A stretch of 32,000 bases of DNA from Candidatus Saccharimonadota bacterium (GTDB taxonomy: Bacteria; Pseudomonadota; Alphaproteobacteria; Rickettsiales; Anaplasmataceae), in NCBI GenBank assembly GCA_029715105.1, contig CP085695.1, positions 30,001 to 62,000 on the forward strand, in the 5' to 3' direction. A program made the translations under genes and the position numbers. Shown piece after piece: positions 28,609 through 32,000 of this stretch. Under the pieces are notes generated by a model. That model had not been told where the DNA came from. It searched no databases and was given only the letters and a program-made list of their open reading frames with translations. The stretch's first letter is position 1, and every line of letters starts with the position of its first letter.

Positions 28609-30486
28609 ATGAATGTATGGATGAAAACGCAAAGTAAGAATTTAGTAAAAGAAAAAGACAAGCAGTTGTATAGTATTATAGAGAGAAAAATAACAAAAGA
28701 AAAACATAAACGAAAGGAACCGACTTCTCAAGATAGAACTATTAAGAAATGTAAGAGTTTGTTGAATGAAGGTGCTGATTTTATAGTTTTAATTAAGTTA
28801 GAGGAGTTATTTAGGGAACGAGAGGAATATCATAGTTACTATATACAGTGTTTTCTTCCGGTATTAATAAAGGAAGTATTGAGAGAGTTAGACTCTTTTA
28901 TTAAAAGAAAAGAAGTAGAAGGAGTAATTTTTAATATTCTTGGAGAAGTTATAAATCGAAACTTCTGTAATAATTACAGAGATAGCTATCATTATAACGG
29001 AATTGGAAATAGTAGCGACGACAAAATTCAAATTACTAATTGGAATAGTAATATTAGTAGTTATTTATTGGAAACGGTAAAACAAAGTGATAATATAAAA
29101 ATTGAGAGAAGAGGATGTACTAAAGAAAGAAAGAATGTATTATATGTCAGTATAAAAAAAGGTATAGAGAAGAATAGCAACAATATTTTGCATTACGATG
29201 TTTTACTATTACAAGAGTGGCAAAGAATGATAGAATATTTAAATTTATCAGTAGGAAAAGAAAAAATATGTAAAACTGAACTTAGTGAGGTTATTTTGAA
29301 TTCCAAGAAATGGCAATTATCAATGCGAAAGTTATTAGTTGATAAAATAATTAATAAAGGTTCTTCTTTCGAAGAATTTTCTTTAAAGATTAGAAAAATT
29401 TTTAAAATTCCATTTGTAAAGTGGAGTGATAGTACAATAAAATTTGCTATAGCTTTATTTAAGCTAAGGTTTATTAGTATTAGTGATTTTTTTCTACCAA
29501 GAGAGGAGCTGCGAAATTTAGATAGGGAATATGAGAGATGTTATCTTAAGTTTTTAGAAAGGTTATCAAAGTCAATAAAGGAACCTGAATTAAAACAAGA
29601 GATAAAAACACAAATTAAAAAAATTTTATCATATACTATTAACACTCCGGATGTTAACGGTAATTATTTGTTACATTCAGCGATCAATAATTATGATAAA
29701 AGATTTTTTTTAAAATTGTTGCAAATGGGGGCTGATATTAATTTTAAGGGTGTAAATGGTGATAATGCATTGCACCGCATTGCTCTCCTTAAGAGGGAGC
29801 ATAAAATTATATATTTAAAATTAATTTTAGATTTAAAAGAAGAAGGCATGATATCATTAAAAGCATTGCGTAGAGCTATAAATACTAAGAATAACGATAA
29901 TAGGTATCCTGCACAGGTAGCGCTAATTAGACAAGTAGAAAAAATACCTAGTAAATTAAAAGATTTTTCTAAATGGATTAGACCAAGACCTATGAAACGT
30001 TATTATACTGCTGAATTTTGTGCAATGTTATTACAAAATGGTTCTGAAAATAAGAGTGATCATATTACAATAGAAAGATATGATAATAAGAAATATTATC
30101 ATACTAAAGAAAGAATTCATGATTTAACGGGTATATGTCCTACTTGGAAAGTAAATGAAACTTTAAATAAGAAGTTCTCTAAAAATAAAAAACGCAGTAA
30201 TAGTATAGATTTTCCTGTGGTAAGATGGGTATTTGGGGGGTTGGTTTTTGCTGCAGTATTTAGTGCTTTTGCTGGCAATATGTCTATTGCGTCAACTTTA
30301 TCTATCGTTATAGCGATTTGTGCAGTATGTTATCCTATTTATATAAAATTAGAAAAGTTTTTTAGGAATGTAGATTTAGGAGAAAAGTCATTTCATTTGA
30401 AATGTATCGAAAATTTTTCTAAAAATAGAGTAGATAGTATATTGGTGCAATCATTAAAAGATTGTGAAAAACTAGAAGTAAATTAA
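28609..30486 (+). CDS. ankyrin-repeat protein with a C-terminal bilobed hydrophobic (two-helix hairpin) segment
   Basis: 625 aa with no N-terminal signal peptide. Ankyrin repeats fall near aa 346-440 ([34 protein letters not shown] and [13 protein letters not shown]...). The hydrophobic stretch at aa 535-581 is [47 protein letters not shown] (nt 30211-30351). An alternative ATG lies at 28621. Confidence 0.8.
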   Translation: MNVWMKTQSKNLVKEKDKQLYSIIERKITKEKHKRKEPTSQDRTIKKCKSLLNEGADFIVLIKLEELFREREEYHSYYIQCFLPVLIKEVLRELDSFIKRKEVEGVIFNILGEVINRNFCNNYRDSYHYNGIGNSSDDKIQITNWNSNISSYLLETVKQSDNIKIERRGCTKERKNVLYVSIKKGIEKNSNNILHYDVLLLQEWQRMIEYLNLSVGKEKICKTELSEVILNSKKWQLSMRKLLVDKIINKGSSFEEFSLKIRKIFKIPFVKWSDSTIKFAIALFKLRFISISDFFLPREELRNLDREYERCYLKFLERLSKSIKEPELKQEIKTQIKKILSYTINTPDVNGNYLLHSAINNYDKRFFLKLLQMGADINFKGVNGDNALHRIALLKREHKIIYLKLILDLKEEGMISLKALRRAINTKNNDNRYPAQVALIRQVEKIPSKLKDFSKWIRPRPMKRYYTAEFCAMLLQNGSENKSDHITIERYDNKKYYHTKERIHDLTGICPTWKVNETLNKKFSKNKKRSNSIDFPVVRWVFGGLVFAAVFSAFAGNMSIASTLSIVIAICAVCYPIYIKLEKFFRNVDLGEKSFHLKCIENFSKNRVDSILVQSLKDCEKLEVN

Positions 30487-32000
30487 TAATTTCTTTTTTT
30501 GGGAGCAATGAAATCAATATCATTGCTTAAAGTTTTTTCAGCAACTTTTTTGTAATCAATTTTTATATTAATTTCACCATCTCTTTCTTCAAACCATGCT
30601 ATTGTGTGTTTCATCCAATTTTTATCATCGCGTTCAGGAAAATCTTCACGCGTATGTGCGCCTCTACTTTCTTTGCGGTTTGCTGCGCATTCTAAGGTAA
30701 TAACTGCTTGTGGAAGCATATTGGTAAGTTCCAGTGCTTCGACTAAATCACTATTCCATATCATACTGCGATCTTTGATCGTAACATTGTGTATCATTTT
30801 AGCTACCTCTTTTATAGTTTTTCTACCCTTTTCTAAAGTTTCAGCAATGCGGAATACAGATGCATATTTTTGCATAGTATTTTGCATTTTGTTGCGTATT
30901 TTTGATACTTTTAGTTCTCCAGAAGAGAACCGTGTTTTGTTAAACCTATTAATTATCCAATCTGTACAGTTTGGATGTAATCTTTTATGTGGTGCGTTAG
31001 ATTTTATTTTTTCTTTTATTTTAATTGCTGCAGCTTTACCAAAAACGATTAAATCAAGAAGTGAATTAGAACCAAGTCGATTTGCACCATGTACAGAAAT
31101 GCACGCTGTTTCTCCAATTGCATACAATCCTTCTATTATTTTTTCATTACCATCTTTAATGGTAATTACTTCTCCGTGATAGTTGGTTGGAATTCCGCCC
31201 ATATTGTAATGAACAGTTGGAATAACTGGTATTGGATCTTTAGTAACATCAACGCCAGCAAAAGTTTTCGCGGTTTCTATAATTCCTGGAAGTCTTAATT
31301 TTATTATTTTTGGATCAAGGTGTGATATATTTAAGTGTATATGATCTTTTTTTGGCCCAACACCTCTACCTTCTTTAATTTCAATTGTTATTGCACGGCT
31401 TACTACATCACGAGAAGCTAAATCTTTTGCTTTTGGTGCATAATATTGCATGAATTTTTCACCATATGAATTGATCAAGTATCCACCTTCTCCGCGACAT
31501 CCTTCAGTTATCAAACATCCTGAACCATATATTCCTGTTGGATGAAATTGTACAAATTCCATATCTTCAAGTGGCAATCCAGCTCTTATTATCATTCCGT
31601 TACCATCACCAGTGCATGTATGAGCACTTGTTGCAGAGAGATAAATGCGTCCATACCCCCCTGTTGCTAGTATTACAGAGTGTGCACGAAATATATGTAA
31701 GGTACCATGACATAGTGACCAAGCAAGAACTCCGTAACATGCATCTGTTTTATTATCCATAATTAAATCAATTACAAAATATTCGATGAAAAATTTTGCA
31801 TTAAATTTAAGGCATTGTTGATATAAAGTGTGAAGAATCGCATGTCCAGTTTTGTCTGCTGCCGCACAAGTTCGTCGTGCTGATTCTCCTTCACCAAAGT
31901 GAGTAGTCATTCCACCGAAAGCGCGTTGGTATATTTTACCATTTTTTGTACGCGAAAATGGTACACCAAAATTTTCAAGCTCAATGATAGCCTTAGCTGC
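30483..32000 (-). CDS. sdhA: succinate dehydrogenase flavoprotein subunit, C-terminal about 505 aa (5' end beyond the window)
   Basis: [37 protein letters not shown] and [14 protein letters not shown]. The reading frame stays open upstream of the ORF-track ATG (31910) to the window edge (...[35 protein letters not shown]), so the track start is internal. Confidence 0.95.
   Translation of the reverse strand, partial: AAKAIIELENFGVPFSRTKNGKIYQRAFGGMTTHFGEGESARRTCAAADKTGHAILHTLYQQCLKFNAKFFIEYFVIDLIMDNKTDACYGVLAWSLCHGTLHIFRAHSVILATGGYGRIYLSATSAHTCTGDGNGMIIRAGLPLEDMEFVQFHPTGIYGSGCLITEGCRGEGGYLINSYGEKFMQYYAPKAKDLASRDVVSRAITIEIKEGRGVGPKKDHIHLNISHLDPKIIKLRLPGIIETAKTFAGVDVTKDPIPVIPTVHYNMGGIPTNYHGEVITIKDGNEKIIEGLYAIGETACISVHGANRLGSNSLLDLIVFGKAAAIKIKEKIKSNAPHKRLHPNCTDWIINRFNKTRFSSGELKVSKIRNKMQNTMQKYASVFRIAETLEKGRKTIKEVAKMIHNVTIKDRSMIWNSDLVEALELTNMLPQAVITLECAANRKESRGAHTREDFPERDDKNWMKHTIAWFEERDGEINIKIDYKKVAEKTLSNDIDFIAPKKRNY

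Noticed and set aside
3152-31762. About 19 ORFs of 60-190 aa from the track that lie wholly inside, and antisense or out of frame to, well-supported genes: 3152-3355, 4431-4715, 5147-5371, 5634-5846, 6144-6389, 7455-7688, 8510-8701, 10506-10730, 12416-12601, 14011-14268, 14362-14664, 14645-14842, 15010-15192, 15309-15623, 16900-17106, 26997-27224, 30604-31179, 31089-31298 and 31538-31762.
   Set aside because: Each overlaps a gene with strong family motifs on another frame. Their translations are low-complexity Leu/Phe/Ile/Ser strings without recognisable motifs. They are typical shadow ORFs of coding sequence.
1-32000. A search by eye for CRISPR repeats, IS/transposase or integrase genes, phage genes, toxin-antitoxin pairs, restriction-modification or other defence systems, rRNA, tmRNA, RNase P RNA and SRP RNA signatures.
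   Set aside because: I saw none. Every ORF over 150 aa is accounted for by a housekeeping family, the ankyrin protein or the flavoprotein. Apart from the two GC-enriched patches already reported (17195-17210 and about 24965-25085), none of which matches these RNA families, the spacers lack the conserved GC-rich cores expected, and the only TTCGAAT T-loop belongs to the annotated tRNA.

Overview
This is a strongly AT-rich window (composition judged by eye, not computed), read with the standard bacterial code. It is almost entirely housekeeping genes, with the content and order of a reduced obligate-intracellular alphaproteobacterium of the Anaplasmataceae. An Ehrlichia or Neoehrlichia relative is my inference from gene order, absent lpx genes, scattered nuo and sdh genes, an ankyrin protein and long AT-rich spacers. 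I support 23 protein-coding genes (two cut by the window edges) and one tRNA-Arg(UCU). The genes are pyrB', an MFS transporter, glyA, nuoI, fabI, a 963-aa Fe-S flavoprotein, fabZ, skp, bamA, rseP, sdhE, rpsA, rpe, pnp, rpsO, miaA, a small basic hypothetical, rimM, efp, a SuhB-like protein, putA, an ankyrin-repeat protein and sdhA'. I found no CRISPR array, IS or transposon, prophage, integrase, toxin-antitoxin pair, recognisable defence system or long tandem repeat, and I cannot honestly point to a clear multi-gene novel system here. The items most worth follow-up come first. One is an ankyrin-repeat protein ending in a bilobed hydrophobic hairpin, a candidate host-membrane-targeted effector. 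Another is a SuhB/IMPase homologue that has lost its catalytic aspartates and is tightly coupled to efp. A third is an uncharacterised 963-aa GltD-like/FNR-like fusion flavoprotein sitting where lpxA normally follows fabZ. The others are two exact copies of a DnaA-box-like 12-mer in the 1.17-kb spacer upstream of putA, and a nested hairpin with a U-tract between rpe and pnp. All functional calls rest on motif recognition by eye, and no searches were run.
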